Shown: positions 36,724 to 51,700 of the stretch, piece after piece
Layout of the letters: the number at the start of each line of letters is the position of its first letter
Numbering within the stretch: position 1 is the stretch's first letter
NCBI GenBank assembly: GCA_903885585.1
Contig: CAISJH010000500.1
Coordinates: forward strand, 22,039 to 86,038
DNA from: an uncultured beta proteobacterium
Lineage (GTDB): Bacteria > Pseudomonadota > Gammaproteobacteria > Burkholderiales > Burkholderiaceae_C
DNA length: 64,000 nucleotides
Reading direction: 5' to 3'
Notes under the pieces: generated by a model
Told to the model about the DNA's origin: nothing
Database searches by the model: none
Seen by the model: the letters and a program-made list of their open reading frames with translations, nothing else
Position numbers and translations under genes: made by a program

Positions 36724-39700
36724 TCACCGCTTCAAGGCCTGCGCCAGCGCGGAGTTCAGCTCGCTGAAGGCTTTGATCAGGGCGGTCATGGCTTCGGTGT
36801 TGACCTGCAGCTGCGAGGTGATGCTCTGCAGCTTGCCCTGGTCGAGGTCGTTGTCGCGCACCTTGTTGCTGATCAGGGTGTTGAGCAGGTTGGTGATGTC
36901 GGTCCTGTTGTCGGACGCATAGATCGGCCGTTCGGCGCCCCGATCGATGTAGTTGCCCAGACTGGTCATCAGCGATGTGCGGTGGTTCACATCCCAGCCT
37001 TGGGCGGCCCAGTTCTCCAGGGTGTAGGTGCCCGAGGTGGCGGCGCTGAGGATATCGATGCCGCTGCGCTCCTTCTCGTCGCGCATGATCTGCAGGAAGG
37101 TGGCCTTGGTGGAATCGTTGAGTGTGCCCGCGTTGATGGCCTGGTAATTCAGGTAAGTCCACATGCGCTCAGCCCCCCGGGTGCGGTTGCTGATGGCCAC
37201 GTTGCTGGTGTACTTGCCGCCGGTCATCTCGCCCAGCAGATCGCCCGACTGCACGCTGCCGTTGAGCGCCACGATGGGTGCCAGCAGCGTCTCGGTCTTG
37301 ATGCGGTCGTCCATCAGGTTGAGCAGGCCGTTGGCCATGCCACCCTTCCAGGTGGTGGAGCTCCAGTCCTTCATGGACCAACGCCCGCCCGACAGGTCGA
37401 ACAGAATGTCGCTGGAGCCGGTGGTGGTGGCCCAGGTGTCGAGGGTGGCCTTGATCTGGTCCTTGTAGGTCGGGTTCAGTGTGTTGGTCACTTCAGGTGC
37501 CACGTTCCAATTCGCCGCGCCCACGCTGGTCAAGGTCGTCTTCAAAGCACTCGCCGCCTGCGCCATCTTGGGCGAACTGGTCGTGGTGGTGGCGGTCACG
37601 TTGTTGACTGCATCCACCCAGGTGCGCGCCCCGGCGATCAGGTTGTTGCGCTCGGCCAGGTCGTCCATCAGCACCTTGTACTCGTTGGCGAAGTTCTGGT
37701 GCGCCAGGAAACGGGTGGTCACGGCGATGTCCATCGCCCGCGTCCGGGTGCCGTTGATGTAGTAACTGCCACGGCGGTCCACGTAGATGTCAGCCCCGTC
37801 GGTCAGGTCGCGGCGCAGTTCCACCTGCGTGGCGCTGGACAGGAAGGTGCGTTGCATCTCCTCTTCGTAAGCCGCCCGCTGTGCCCGCAGGCGTGCGGCC
37901 ACGGTGGCCGCCACACGCTGGCCCGCCGGCGTGGGCTGGGGCGGCTCGGCCGCGCCCAAAGCCGCGTCCACCCCCGGCAGCGCCTGGCGAATGGCCGACA
38001 GCAACGTCTCGCGCTTGTTCCAGTCGAAGGTGGCGAGGTTCAGGTCGTTGCCAAACACGTCCGTCAGCTGCACCGGCGCCTCAGGCAGGCGGGTCTGGGT
38101 GGCCACCGTGTTGAGCGCGGTACTCAGGGTCTGGGCCGACTGGGTTTGCCGGAAACCCTGGGCAAGGATGTCTTCCAGCTCGTCCATGGCCGCCTTCCAT
38201 TCGGTCTTGGTGAGCGAGCGGCCAGCGGTGTAGCCGAAGTCGTCGGTGCCATCGGCCTTGACCGTCCCATAGGCGAGTGCGCTGCTGCTGCCGGCAAAGG
38301 CGCGGCCCAGTGCAGCTATGGTCCCCGGGCCCCTCTCGTAGGCCACGACCCGATTCGGTGACCATTGGCGGCCCGTGTCCACGCCGTACAGCCCATCCGC
38401 CCAAAAAATACGCAGTTTCATTTCAGCGGGCCAGGTGTTGCTGGCGTACGCCGCCCGCATGCGCTGCAGCAGGTGCACCAGCAGGTCGTTGCGGTCGGCC
38501 TCCAAGCCCAGGCCTTCGCTGCTCAGGTCAGCGTCGGATATGGCGCCCTGGGTCACGGCGGCCAGCAGGTCATCCACACCCTCGGGCTTGTCCACCAGCG
38601 ACACCCGCTCGGCCGCAGCCGCCCGCGTGCGCCGCTGGTAGAGCCAGTGCAGCTCAGACAGCGCTGCCAGCCAGTCGTAGTCCACCGCTCCGGCACCCTC
38701 GGTCAGGGCGGCCGCCAAACGGCTGTCGGTACTGGCGGGGTCGTTGATCTGGGTGGTGCGATCACCCATGTCCGCTTCCAGCGTGGCCGAGCCGTTGCGC
38801 AGGGCCTTGGCGTCGCGCTTGAGCAGGTCGATCTCCTGCGCCGTGAACAGGCTGCCCAGGGCCGTGGCCAGATTCTTGGTGCTGGTGGTCGTCCAGTCGT
38901 GCGCCTGGTAGCTGGCCTGCAGCGTCTGGATGGCGGTTCCCAGCTTGGCGGTGAGCGCAGCCTCCAGGCCATCAGCCGCCGAGGCGGGCGAAAGCGCCGC
39001 CTGCACCTCGTTGGCGAGAGCCACGCGACGTGCATCACCCAGCAAAATGCCCTCCAGATGACCACGCAAGGCCTCGGCAAATGCCGAGGTCACCAGCGGC
39101 GAGGCCTTGGTCACACCGGCTGATGACGACAGGTCGCGCATGTCGAATTGACCGCCGGTCAGCACGGTCAGCGGGTCGCCGCCCTGCGCGGCGTCGCGCA
39201 TGATGGCCGTCAGCCGCTGCTGCTTGTTGCCCAGCAGCAAGCCTTCGGCGCCCAGAGCCAGGTCGGCCTGCACGGCGGCCATTTCAGTCAGCGCCACCTG
39301 CCACTGGCTGGCCGGAATCGCGTCGCCCGTGCTCATGGCCGCACCCAACGCGCTCTCCTTGCCGAAGAGGCGGTAACCCCAGTCGGCAAACTCACTCCAG
39401 TGCAGAGCCTGTGCCCGCGGCCTCACCCCGCTGGTGTTGTTCCAGATCTGGTTCGGCAGGTAGTAGCCGGCGGCGGCCACCTCATCACGGAAGTAGCGCG
39501 CCCCCGTGCTGGTGGACGCCAGGGCGGTCAGCACCTCCTGCACGCGGGCGGCCTTCTGGCCTTCACCCAGGAAGGCACTGTCAGCGCCCAGCTGCATGTC
39601 GTCGCGAATGGCGCGCAAGTCGGCCAGGGCGCCGGCCCACACCGTGGCGGAGACGGTGCCGTTACCGCTGCCGGCCAAGTCCAGTGCTTCCACCAGCGCA

Positions 39701-42700
39701 CTGCCCTCACCGTACAGGCGCCGCGCCGCCGCGTAGAGCTCGGTCCAGTGCAGGGCGTCGGGCCGCAAGCGGCTCTCGTCGCCATCGTGGCCGGCCTCGT
39801 AGTAGCCCAGGGCCATCAGCGCGTTGCGCAGATGTGCGGGGCCACCGCTGGGGTTGAAGTCTTCCAGCGCCGAGATCAGGGCCGACACGCTGGCCGCACG
39901 GGCCTGGCCTTCGAAGCTGGCGTCGTCGTCCAGTACCGTCAGCAGCCGCCGGGCCAGCGTCACCCGCTGTGGGTTGAGTGCAGCGTCGTCCTGCACGGTG
40001 TCCAGCAGGCTGCGCAAGGACACGCGCCGCCCGCTGCCCGGCGGGTGCTCCAGCATCGCCGTGGTGTCGGCCACGCCGCCGGCGGGGAAGTCGGTGCGCT
40101 GGGTGCCCTGCAGTGCCAGGCTCACTTGGTACCACAGGCCCTCGTAGCCGCCCGGCACCTCCACCGAGCGCAGGCTGGACAACAAGGCTCCGATGTCGGC
40201 AACCTCCAGCTTCAGCTGCGCCTGCGCCTGCAGCAAGGCGCTGCGCGCGCTGATGCGGGCTGCTGCCACCTGGCTCTGCACCTGAGACCACGTGGCTTCT
40301 GAGGGCACCTGCCCTGCCGACAGCAAGGCACGGTCAGACTGCGAGGCCGCCGTCAAGGCCCCGGTGAGGTAGGCGTACTGATCCGTGATGGCATCGTTGA
40401 GGCTGAGGCTGGTGGCCGGGGCGCCAAAGCGGTTGTCGGCGGTCGACCAGCGAGAAAAGTCGAAGTAGCTCGTCGACAGCGCCGTCACAGAGCCCGAAGC
40501 CGCGATGCTCACGACCTGCTTGTTCGACTGACTGGCGATGCTTTGCCAGGCCGAGACGGGTATGGAGTAACGGTGCAGGTACTCCATCACGTCCTGCGTG
40601 CCAATTTCTTGCTTGAAGTCAGCCACGGCCTGCTGCAGTTGCTCCAGCCGGGCGCCGGTGATGGCCACGGGGGTCGTGGTGGCGGGCACGATGGCCAGGA
40701 AGCGGTTGACCGCCTGGTTCACCTGTTGGATGGGTACGCGATAGGCCTGGACGCGGGTGATTTCCGCATCCACCAGAGCCACGCGAGCGTTGCCCTCGGT
40801 GGTGTTGAGCCGGGCGAAGTCAGCCCGCTTGATCTGCAGGTCCCGCAGGGTGGTCTCGTAGTGGTTCAGCACGGCCGCCGTGCGAGCCTCCACCTGCGTG
40901 AAGAAAGTGGTATGCGGCACGTAGCTGCCCAGAGTGCCGGCGGCGGCGCCCAGCACACTGGCATCCGCCTGAAGGGCGTTGGCCAGGGCCTGGGTGTTCA
41001 GGCCCAGCGCGCCCACCTCGGTCGAGGCTTCGGCCAGCAGCGCGTCGAGCTCGCTCTTCCAAGACGCCCAGTTCACGCGCCGCTCGTACAAAGTGTCAAA
41101 GCGCTCCCAGGCCTGCAGATGCGCCTCGATGCGCTCCAGCGCTTGTTCGCGCTCGCCCACCGTAGCCGCCGTGGCCTGGAATTCGGCCAGCGTGAGCGTG
41201 CGTGCCGGCTCGCTCGAGTCGGCCAGCGGCGCAATCGTCTGTGCGCTCACGCGCCCAGGCAGTTCGCTGCGCACCACCTCCAGCAGCTTGTTGAGCCCGT
41301 CGCGCGAGGCGTACTGCCCGTCCACCACGATGCCCAGCGTCTGCAGCAGGCCCATGACGTCGATGCCGGTGACGCGGTGCGTGTCCTCGATGAGATCGGC
41401 ATAGCTGCGGCACTGTTGAAGCAGCGCCAGCAAGTTGGCGAATCGCGCCCGCAAGTCCGCCCGTTGTTCAGACGCGATCGATTGCGTCGTCGACTCGATC
41501 GTGGCGTCGCGGTAGGCGGCCGCCGCAGCCGAATAGGCGCCGTCGATGAAGCTGCCGTTCTGACGCTTGGCGCCTCCGGTCTTCCAACCTTGCCAGTTGA
41601 AGGCCCCGTAGGCGCCGGTGGCTTCCGCGGCCAGGTAGGACTCCATGCGCGTGCGCCAGGAGCTCACGCCAATCCAGTCACGCGTGCTGGAGTCTGCAAA
41701 GGCGCTCCAGGCTGTGCTGGCATTGGCGCCACCGTTCCACAAGCCGTTGTAGCCAAAGTCGGGCGTCCACGTGCCGGTGTTGGTGGTCGAGGCGAGGGAA
41801 GCCAGGGAGGCCCTATCCACCAACCCATGTCCGTTCTGCGTAAACCAACCGGTCACTGGGACGGCCGGAGTGGGGATGTAGTAGCTCTCTCTCCACGTCA
41901 GTGCCGTCTGCAAGCCGTTGACCCACAACAAGCTCGAATCGACATCAAAGCCACGTAACCACGCGAATAGCTCCTGGTCACCGGCATCAGCCACGTTGTT
42001 GTTGTTGCCGTAGTCGTCCAGGTAGGTGGCCGCTTGAGCCTTTGCAGCCACCATGGCCGCTTGAAGCGACGTGCCACCCACGGCCGCCGCCGCTTGCAGG
42101 TTGGCCAGCACGGTCGCGCCCAGGTTCACCTCGGTCAGCGCGGCCGCTGCGTCTGTCTGGGCCTTTCGGGCCATGAGGGCTGCCGGCATCAGCTTGGCTC
42201 GACCCTTGAGCGCAGAAATGATCTCGCTGAGCTCCTTGAGCACTTGGGTGTAGGCCGCTGAATCCTCGTCCGCCAGGTTGTTCTGGATGGCCGTCACGAG
42301 GTAGCTGCCAGGCCCCGCCACGGCCAAGGCCAGATCCTTGATCGTCGCGGCCGAGATGGAGAAGGTCTGGCCATTGACCGCTTGGGTTTGCCAATCCTGC
42401 GCGAAGTCGCGGGGATAGATGTCAATGGTGTAGTAGTACGAAGGCGTGCTGGGCCGCCAGTCGTCCCAATACGCTCCACCCCAGAGTTGGTTGGTATAGG
42501 TCGACTGAAGGCGCCCGTAGACGGCCTCCAACTCCTCGATCAGCGTGCCGTTGGCTGCACGCTTGGTCATGCGCATGTCGGCCGCCAACAGGGTCAGTTC
42601 CTGGACGGCATCTGTCCACTGGGTGTTGGTGAGCGTCACGTTGCCCAGTTCCAGCGCCACCTTGATCTTGCTGTTCGGGCCAAACCGACGTTCAGCCCAC

Positions 42701-45700
42701 AGCTTCAGGTCATCCCAGTGAATGCGCTGATCAGCCGGCCTGAGATAGTTCCCATCCCACAGGTGTCCGTCCTGGTAGAAGCCCACGGCCGCGACATTGG
42801 CAAAGAAGGAATATCGATCTGCGGTCGCTCCGAGCTGCGTCGCCATCGCGGTGAGGCGAGCCTCCCGCGTGTCGTTGGCGGTGGGCGTGTTGCTGCGATA
42901 TCCAGCATTCCAGATCACGCTGCGCAGTTCCTGGACCGCTTCTCGCACCAGCGTGGCGTCAAAGGTGATGGCGTCTCCGAGATCGAATGCCTGCTTGAAC
43001 TTGCTGCTGGCGCCAAACGAGGCCACGCACCAGTCGCGGATGCGCTCGGGCTGAACGACGAAGTCCCGCAGCCGGGCCTCATTGCCGGCCTGGCCGGCCG
43101 CATAGACAGCCTCCTGCTTCAGTTCTGCCAGGAATCGGATGCCGTTGCCGGCCACGTTCCCGTTGACCTTCGCGAGCATGGCCGCGCTGATCTCGCTCAG
43201 TCGCTGCCGGAGGCCTTCGTTGTCGTCGATCTGCGAGGTGTCGAAGGCGCCGGCAAACCGTTGGACGGCATCCACACGCTGGGCGGCATCTGTGGCACGC
43301 GATGTCAGGAAGGTGTTGAGGCCGCCCACACGGGTCACCAGGTCACCCAGGTATTGGCGGACGACATCCAGTCGGCCAGAGAAGCTCGCGACGGAGTATT
43401 GGCCATCGGTCAGTTCTGCCAGCAGGTCGGTCACATTCAGCTGCTGACCCAGCGATTCCAACAGCCCGGACAGGACGTTGTTCTGCTCGGCACCACTCAA
43501 ACCCGCGACCTTGTCGAAACTCTCCAGCAATTCTTCGACGGCCGACTGCACCGCATCGCGCTGAGACACCTGCGCCAGCAGGCCGTTGGCATCGGCCAGG
43601 GCCTCGGGTACGTCCAGATTGCGCACTGTGATGTCGGCTACGCCGTCGGGCACCACCATAACGCCAGGGGCGGTCAGGGTGTCGGCAAAAAGCTTCAACT
43701 CGCTGGCAGCGGCACGCAACAGCACCCAGTCGCCTGCGGTGAGCTCGTCGATGCGGGCCAGCGCCATCTGGCCACCGGTGACGGCTGACAGCAGGTCAGC
43801 GTGCTTCCACTGGCGGTCCAGGGACTCGAACACGGCCTGAAGATGTGCGTTCTTCTGGGCAGCGGACAAGGTGGACGCCGCGTTGAGGTCGATACGGTCG
43901 ACGATGAGCTGCATCGACTCAGCCAGCTCGCGGCGCCGGGCCACGTCGGCCAAGGGCAAACCCAGTTCAGCCAGTTGCTGGGTGGCATAGACCAGGGACT
44001 CAGCCCCGCCATCGGCCCGCAGTTCAGCCAGTTGTTGCAGCTTGCCCAGCAGGGTCTCAATCTCGCCCAGGGTGTTGCTCACGCTGCCGGCCGTGAAGCC
44101 ACCGGCCGACAAGGTAGCCACCTGCGCTTCGGTGTAGCCGGGGGCGGCGCCCGCCAGCGTGGCACGCCAGGTTTGCCAGTCGGCACCATCGAAGGGGTTC
44201 AGGCTACCGTTGGCCTCGGCGGTCAGCAGGGCGCGCCGGGCCAGCTCGTGGTCCGTCAGCCCGGCCACACCGCCTACGGGGCCGCTGGCACTGGAGAAGC
44301 CCAGCAGGTTGCTGCCATAAGCGACGCTGCGCGTGGCGCTCCACGCCGTGCCCGTGGCGTCCAGCGCGCCGGCGTACGTCTGCGTGCTCAGCGTGATGCT
44401 CGCCTGCGACGGCGCGACCAGCAGGTCCGCGGGCACGTCAAACTCGCGCAGCCAGGTGAACAGGTCGGCGCTGCCTCGGTAGGCGCTGATCTGGGCATCG
44501 GCCTTCAGCTCGGCCACCTTGGCGGTCAGGGCTGCCGCAGAAGTCCGTGCGGCGGTGAGCAAGGCCTGCAAGGCCCGCTCGCCCGCGGCGGCGCGCTCCC
44601 AGGTGGGGGTGCCTTGTGCACCGGTGGCCGAGGACAGGGCCCAGGCCTGGGCGTAGTTGGCCGGCAACTGGGCACGGGCCTGCAGCGTGGCGCTCAGTTC
44701 TCGCCACTCGCGCAGGGCCAGCACCCAGTCGTTGCGCACGGTGCCCATGTTGTCGTGGGCGCTCACCACGCTGGATGCGGCGTAGCCGGCCTGGGCGCCC
44801 GGCTTGGCAGCCTGCCAGGTGGTCCAGTCGGCGTTGTCGAAGAAGTCAAAGGCGCTGGTGGCCTGCAGTTCGGCGGCAATCAGCCCTTGTTGAACCAAGG
44901 CGTAGGCTGGCAGGCCAGCCAGGGTGCCGGGCAAGGCTGTGCTGCGAGAGACGCCCAGTGCATCGGCCGTCAAGTCGATGGGCTGGTTGCTCGCCGTGGT
45001 GGTGGCCGCCGGCGTGGAGCCGCCATAGCTGCGCACGCTGACGGCGACTTGAGCGTTGGTACCGGCGGTCAGGCGATCCTGGCTCACGTCGAAGCGGCGC
45101 AGCCAGTCGCGTACGTCAGAGACGGGGGTGCTGTAGCTCGCCACGGTGACACCGCCCCCGATGGCGGTAGCCAGCGCGGCGGCCCCGACTTGGTAGGCGG
45201 TATTCAACTCCGCCATGCGGGTGGCCAGGGCGTCACCGGAGACGGCCGCAGCGGCCGCCAGGCTGTTGAGCGCAGCGCGGCCGGCCTGAGCCTCACTCAG
45301 CGCAGCGGCTGCGCTCGTGCGGGCCGATTGGGCCTGCTGACGTGCGGCGGCCAGATCGGCCCGGGCCTCCATGGCAATGATCAGCTCGTTGAGCTCGCGC
45401 ATGCCCAGCAGCCACTCGTTTTGCGTCACGGTGGCAGCCGGCGGCGCGGCCTTGCTCAGCGCCACGGCCAAGGTGCTGCCCGCCCCCAGCAAGGTGGTGG
45501 CCCAGCCGGCCACACCCTGGGGCGTGAGCCCGGAGGCGTTGTCGGTGAACAAGGTCTGCCAGTTGGTGCTGGTGCTGTAGGTGGCCAGGTCGGCGTGGCC
45601 CTGTACCGTCTTCAGGGCAGCAAGCAGTGCGGACTCGGTCTGCCCACCCACCCGGGTGGTGGCCGCCAGGGTGAGCCTCAGGTCGTTGCGCAGCGACTGC

Positions 45701-48700
45701 AGTTCGTCCAGCGCAGCCAGCCAGACGGCCTGCGTTGTCTCGGCGGCCGGGTCGGGCAGTGCAGCCGCCACGCGGCTGTTGCTGCCGAAGAGGCCGGACG
45801 TCCAGGCACGGATGTCGGCGCGGGAGGCGCTGCTGGGGTTGTCTGCGGCCAAGGCCGAGGTGAAGTAGCTGTCGAGCCAGAGATCGAAACGCCGGTCAGG
45901 GTCGGCGTTCCAGTCCAGGGGGGAAGCGCCCCTCAATACGTCATTAAGCCCCGTGATGAGGCGGTCCAGGGTGGTCAGGCGCTGGGCGCTGGCGGTGCCC
46001 GCGGCGTCATCGCTCAAGCTGTAGGCACCGGCAGCCGCCTCGTAGGCCGCCACCCGCTGCCCGGCTTCGAGCTCACGGGTGGTGTAGAAATCGGTCAACG
46101 CCTGGGCACGCCCTTGCACCTGCGTGAGCCAGCCGAGCATGGCCGAGCGCTGCAGCGCACCGGGCAATGCGCTGTTCGGGCCGAAGACGGCCTGGGCCCA
46201 GGCCGAAACGTCGTCCGTGTTCAGCGGTGAAGCACCTCCCGCCTGAGCCACCACGCCCGTGAGGCTGGGCGTGGGGTTCTGGGTCCAGTCGTTGGTGGCT
46301 TCGGCCTGTGCCAAGGCGGTCAAGGCCGTGGCCAGGTGCGCCGGGTTGTCGCCCGCAGCGGTGGCGGCCATGCCCAGTTGCAGATCCCGTTGCAGGGCCT
46401 GGAGGTCGGCAATGGCGGCGAGCCACTGCGCGCGGGTCACGTAGATATCGCCCGACGCAAATTGCGACCAATTGGTAGGGGTGCCCAACAGGCGAGGCAT
46501 CCATTGATCGATGGTTGAGTAATGCGTTCGGTCCTGCCACCACGTCGCATTCGAAGACCAGACGGCGTTTCTAGCGGCGTCGGTCAGATTGCCGCCCGCG
46601 TTCGGCACTGCCCCCTGCAGTCGGTTCACCACATCCGTGAGCAAGTCGAGCCGGGCCTGGTTGATGGTGTCGACTGTTGTGCCCCCATAAGCCAGAGCAA
46701 TTTCATTGCCGCCCCATGGAGGTAATTGAGACGAGGACAAGAGCTGAGCCCCCGCCATGTTCTCGTACGCTGTCACCCGCTGGTTGGCTGCCGCCCGCAC
46801 CGCATCCAGATGCGACTTGAGCGCCTGCGACCGCTCGTGCGCGCCCTCCAGTGTGCTGACGAGGCCTTGCAGCCCCCGGGCCGTGGCCAGGTCCAGCGGG
46901 CCGCCGGCGCGCCGTGAGGTGATGATGGCCAGCCAGTCGGGCACGCCCAGCAGCACCGATTGCTCCTGAAGCAGATTACCCAGCTGGGTGTGGAAGGCTG
47001 TGGCATCGGCGCTGGCCAGCGCCGTGGTGACCTCGGCCTCGGTGTCCAGCGCGGTACCGGCGCCCTGAAGGTCGGGCACGGTGGCGCCTGCCGCGGTCAC
47101 GGCCAGAGTGCTGCCGTCGCCATCCTTCCAGCGCGCCCATTCGAACTGGTCGAAGCCGTCGCCCGCTTCCGCCACCAGCGCGGCCTCCAGCGTCAACTGG
47201 GCCCAGGTGCGCCCGGCCAGGGTGGCGGCCGAAGGCCGGTCGCTGCGGGACTGGCCCAATGCATCCTGGCCCCAGTCGAGCAAGACCACCGAGGACGCTG
47301 GGGTGGCCGTGAAGCTGCCCGCTGTCCACTGCCCGTAGCTGACGGTGAGCTGGTCGTTCGGGTCGGCCCACAAGGTGCTGGCGGGCACGTCGAAGCGCTT
47401 CAGCCAGGTGAAGACGTCCAGGTTGCCGCGGCTGGAATAGGTGGTGGTGTCAGCCTTGATGGCGGCGATGGCCGACTGCAGCGCCGCAGCCGACTGGTTG
47501 GCCGACTGCTGCAGCTGCGCCAGGGCCGCCAAGCCCTGGTTGATCTCGGTCAGCGCAAGGTTCGCAGCCGTGACCGTGCCGTTGGCGGCCTGCCAGGCGG
47601 GTGTCAACTGGCTGCGGGCCTGCGCGCTTTGCGCGATCTCGGTGAGTTCCGCCACCGCGCTCAGCCATTGCGCTTCGGTGCTGCCCCCACTGCCCAGTTG
47701 GAGCAGGGTGCTGGTGGGCCCGATGACGGCCAGCGCCCACTCCTGCATCTGCGCCAGGGTCAGGGCCGGCGACTGCGCGCTACCCAGTGCGTCCAAGCGG
47801 TCCGCCAGGGCGATGGGGGCAGGCGACGTCACCGTCCAGGGCTCGGGGCTGGCTTGTGCCTCAGCCAGCAGCGCTGTCTTCGCCGTACTCAGGGCCGTGG
47901 CGGCCGAGGGCGTGGCCGCCACGGCGGTGTTCAAGCCCAGGTCGGCTTTCAGCAGGCGGAGTTCGGCCAAGGCGGCCTGCCACTGGGCCTGAGTGGCATT
48001 GCCCGAGCGCACCAGCTGCCCGTTGGCGCCGCTGACCAGGATGGTGTCGTCATAGGCGGCCACGATGGCGCTGCCCGGGCCGAAGCGGTCCCGCGCCCAG
48101 GCGTACAGCTGCTCGCGCGAGACGTTGACGGCATTGGCCAGCGTGTCATCGCCCAAGTCGGCCACGGCGTCGGCGAAGTTACGAGCCCAGGCTGCGTCAC
48201 CGGGCGCGGCATTGCCGGCGTTGGCCGCAGCCAGCCCCTCCAGGCCGGTCATCAAGCCCACCAAACGGTTCAGGCGCTGGCTGTTGGCGGCCGAGTTAGC
48301 GGGGTCGGGGTCGAAGGCCCCCGCCGCCTTGAGGTAGGCGGTGCGGCGGGCGAGGGCTTCGTCGCGCTGCGTCACCTGGAAGCTGCGCAAGGCCGTGGCG
48401 CGGGCCTGCACGCTGGCGAGATGCTCGCGCACGATGGCGGTGCCCGGGCCGGCCTCGATCAGATCGGCCAGCGCCTGCAGCGACTCAACCACCTGGGTGC
48501 GTCGCAGCGGTTCGGCGACCACACTCCCATAGGCGGCGAGATCTTGAACCAGCGCGTCGATGGCGGAATCGCCGCCGCTGGCCGCACGCAAGGTGACGAA
48601 ATCACCTGAATCCAGCTGGTTCAAGCCGTCCAGCAGCGTCACCAACTCATCGCGCAGGCCCTCATGGATGACGGTGTCAGCCAGGTCAGCGCGCAGCACC

Positions 48701-51700
48701 TGCGTGCGCAGCAGCTCGCGGTAGCCCGCCTGGTTGACCTGCGCGGCCACCTGCCCCTGGGTCAGCGGCGCCTGAGAAACGATGAAACTCGCCGCGGTGC
48801 CGCTGGGGCGCACGGCCGGATCTGCCTGGCTGGCGCCGAGCTCGGCGTTGACTGCTTGAACGATGAATTGCAGCTCCGCGCGCGTCCAGCTGGTGCGCTC
48901 CACGGCGGAGTCAGCCAGGGCCAGCAGGTCGAAACCGGCTGCGTCGCGGCTCAGGGCGGCCAAGTCGGCCAGGCTGATCAGCCGGCCGGGGAACATGGGA
49001 TCACGCAGGGAGGTCACACCCAGGGTCACGCTGGCCGTGGTCTCTGGCAAGGTGTTGAGGGCGCGGGCCACGCGCAGCAGCACGGCCTGGGCGTCGTGGT
49101 AGTAACGACCATCGTCGCCCACCTCCAGCGCGCGATTGCGCAGCTCAGCCTCGGCATCCACCATCGGGTTGCGAAGCGCTTCAGTTCGGGCAGCAGCCAG
49201 ACGGTCAGCGGCGGCGGTCGCCTGGGCAAGCTCACGCACGATGAGGATGTCCGGCAACACGCTTTGAGGCGTGCCCATGGCGGCGGCGATGGCGGCCTGG
49301 GCCGCGACCGCGCTCGCCCAGCCGTGGGCGGCCTGGGCGGCCGCGGCGTTGTCAGCCACAGCGGCCAAGCGGGTGTCGAGTGCGGCCGTGGTCGCACTCC
49401 AGGACACCTGGTCGGTCGCGCCCAACTCAGCATCCGCAAAGTCAGCGGCATAGCCATTGCCGGCCAGCAGCGCCGTGCGCCAGGCGCTGGCATCGAAGGT
49501 GTCGATGGACGCACCGCCCGCGCGATAACTCGCGTTCGTCAGATCGGCCGCAGCAACGTCGAAGTGAGCCAGCCAGACAAACAGGTCTTCCGTCTGCAAC
49601 GACGTTTCGCCCTGCAACTGCAGGGCGACGCTGCGCGAGGAGACGACATCCTGCAGCTGTGTGGCCGAACCGGAAACGGCCTGCAAGGCCACGGCCGTCT
49701 GCCGAGCCCGATCGAAACGGGTCAGAGTGGCGTCCAACGCGGCCATGCGGATGGCGATGGCAGCGTCGTCATTGCCCTCGACGTTGATCGCGGTGTTCAG
49801 CCGGTTGCGGTCGGCGCGCATCTGCGCCACGGCGCCGTCGATGCGCTGGACGAGTGCACCCAGCCAGACGCGATGGCCGCCACGGTCATCCCAGGCGGCC
49901 AGGGCGGGACTCAGCCCGGCGGCCGTGCGGGGCTGAGTCCCGCCCTGCAGCGTGCCGTCGGGGTGACCGGCCTGCCACAGGCCGAAATCGAACAGGGCCA
50001 CCGACGTGGGCACGGTGGTGCGGAAGGCAGGATCGCCCAGCGCCATGTTGTCCACGTCGAATTGGCTGAGGTAGGCAAAGGCGTCGCCCAGGCCCTGGGT
50101 GTTGGGCTGGTAGGCGCTGGAGGCGAGGTCGGCGCCAGAAACGTTGAACCGGGAGAGCCAGGCCAGCAGATCGGCTCCGGCGGGCAAGCCCACGGCGGCA
50201 CGCTGCGCGGCGGCTGCCTGAGCGAAGCCCTGGGGTGTCAAAGGGGCGGCGCGCAGCACCTGCACCACCGTGCGGGCCTGGCTGAAGGCCTGGCGCTGGG
50301 TGGTGAGTGTGGCCAAGGCCCGGGTGATGTCGGCATCGGCGGATCCACCCTGCGCCTGAGCCGCCCGCAGACCAGCTTCCTGCATTTCAAAGGTCGCCAA
50401 GGCGTCAGCGACACGCGCTTCCAACCCTTCCAGCAGGGGCGCTACGCCCAGGAGGCTGCGCCACGCCACACCAGCGTTGTCCACCTTCACATCCTGCAAG
50501 GCGACAGCACCCGGATGGCCTGCACCCTGCCAGGCACTCAGGCTGAAGATCTCCGCCGTGGCCGGCGCATCGCGCCGGAATTCCGCGAGCAAAGACGGCG
50601 CGATGTCGAAGGCCCCCAGGTAGCCCAACAGATCGCCCAGTGGCGCGGCCGCCGGACGGTGCTGGGCGTTCTGAAGCTCGACGCCTGACACGTCGAAGCG
50701 CTGCAGATCAGCCAGGAGGTCGAAGCTGGCAGGCAGGCCCAGTGCGGCCTTGCGGCTGGCGATGGCCTGCTCGAAGGCCTGGGGAGACACCGCTGCGCGC
50801 AGCGCCACCACGGTCTGCTGGGCCTGGGTGAAGGCACCGACTTGCTGACGCAACCGCGTGAGCGCCGCGTCGATGGCCGCGGTGTCGGCCGTGCCGGCAA
50901 CCCGCACTCCCTCGAGCAGAGCGATGTCCGCCGCAAAACTGTCAAGCGATTGGCTCACGCGCGTCTGCAACTGCGCGAGCCATGGGCGCACCGCTTGCCG
51001 CTGGTTCCAGTCCGCCAATGCGGGCGCCAGTGCCAGGCTGTCGCCCTGCACCGGCATGCCAACACGGCCGCCACCGTCCCACTTGCTGAGGTCGAACACG
51101 ACCAAGGCGACCGGGACGTTCTGGCGGTACGCCGCGCGTGCAGCGGCGTCGATGTCCAGATCAGCCCAGGAAGAGAACAGGTCATCCACGCCGGCGGCGG
51201 TCTTTTCGATGCTCAGGCGCGCGGCCAGCACTGCCGGCTGGGTGGCCACGCTGCGCAGAGTGCCGATCTGCTGGGCGGCTTGCTCGACGCGGGCCAGGCG
51301 GTCTTGCAGCGTCAGTGTGGCGGCTTCCAGCGCCGCCCGGTTGGCTGCGGTGGCGCGTGGCCAGGCGGCCTGGGCTTGCAGGGCGCTCAAGCCGTTGCGC
51401 AAATCCGCAAGGGTGTCGGCCACGCGGCCGGCCAGACGGTCCAGCCATTGGCGGGCCGGCGCGGAGGTGGTGGACCATGCCGCGTTGGCGCCCAGCACGC
51501 TGGTGTCGTTCTGGAAGGGGGCGATCTGGCGTGCCGCTGCCGCTTCCACGGACAGAGTGGGCACGGCCACCCCGGCCACCAGACGTGTCTGGCCGCCAGG
51601 CGCGGCGATCTTCACCAGCGCGATATCCCATCCGGCCCACTCGGCCATGACGGAGCTGCCGCCCCGCGCCAGCACCAGGTCGCGCTCGGCCTGGAAGGCG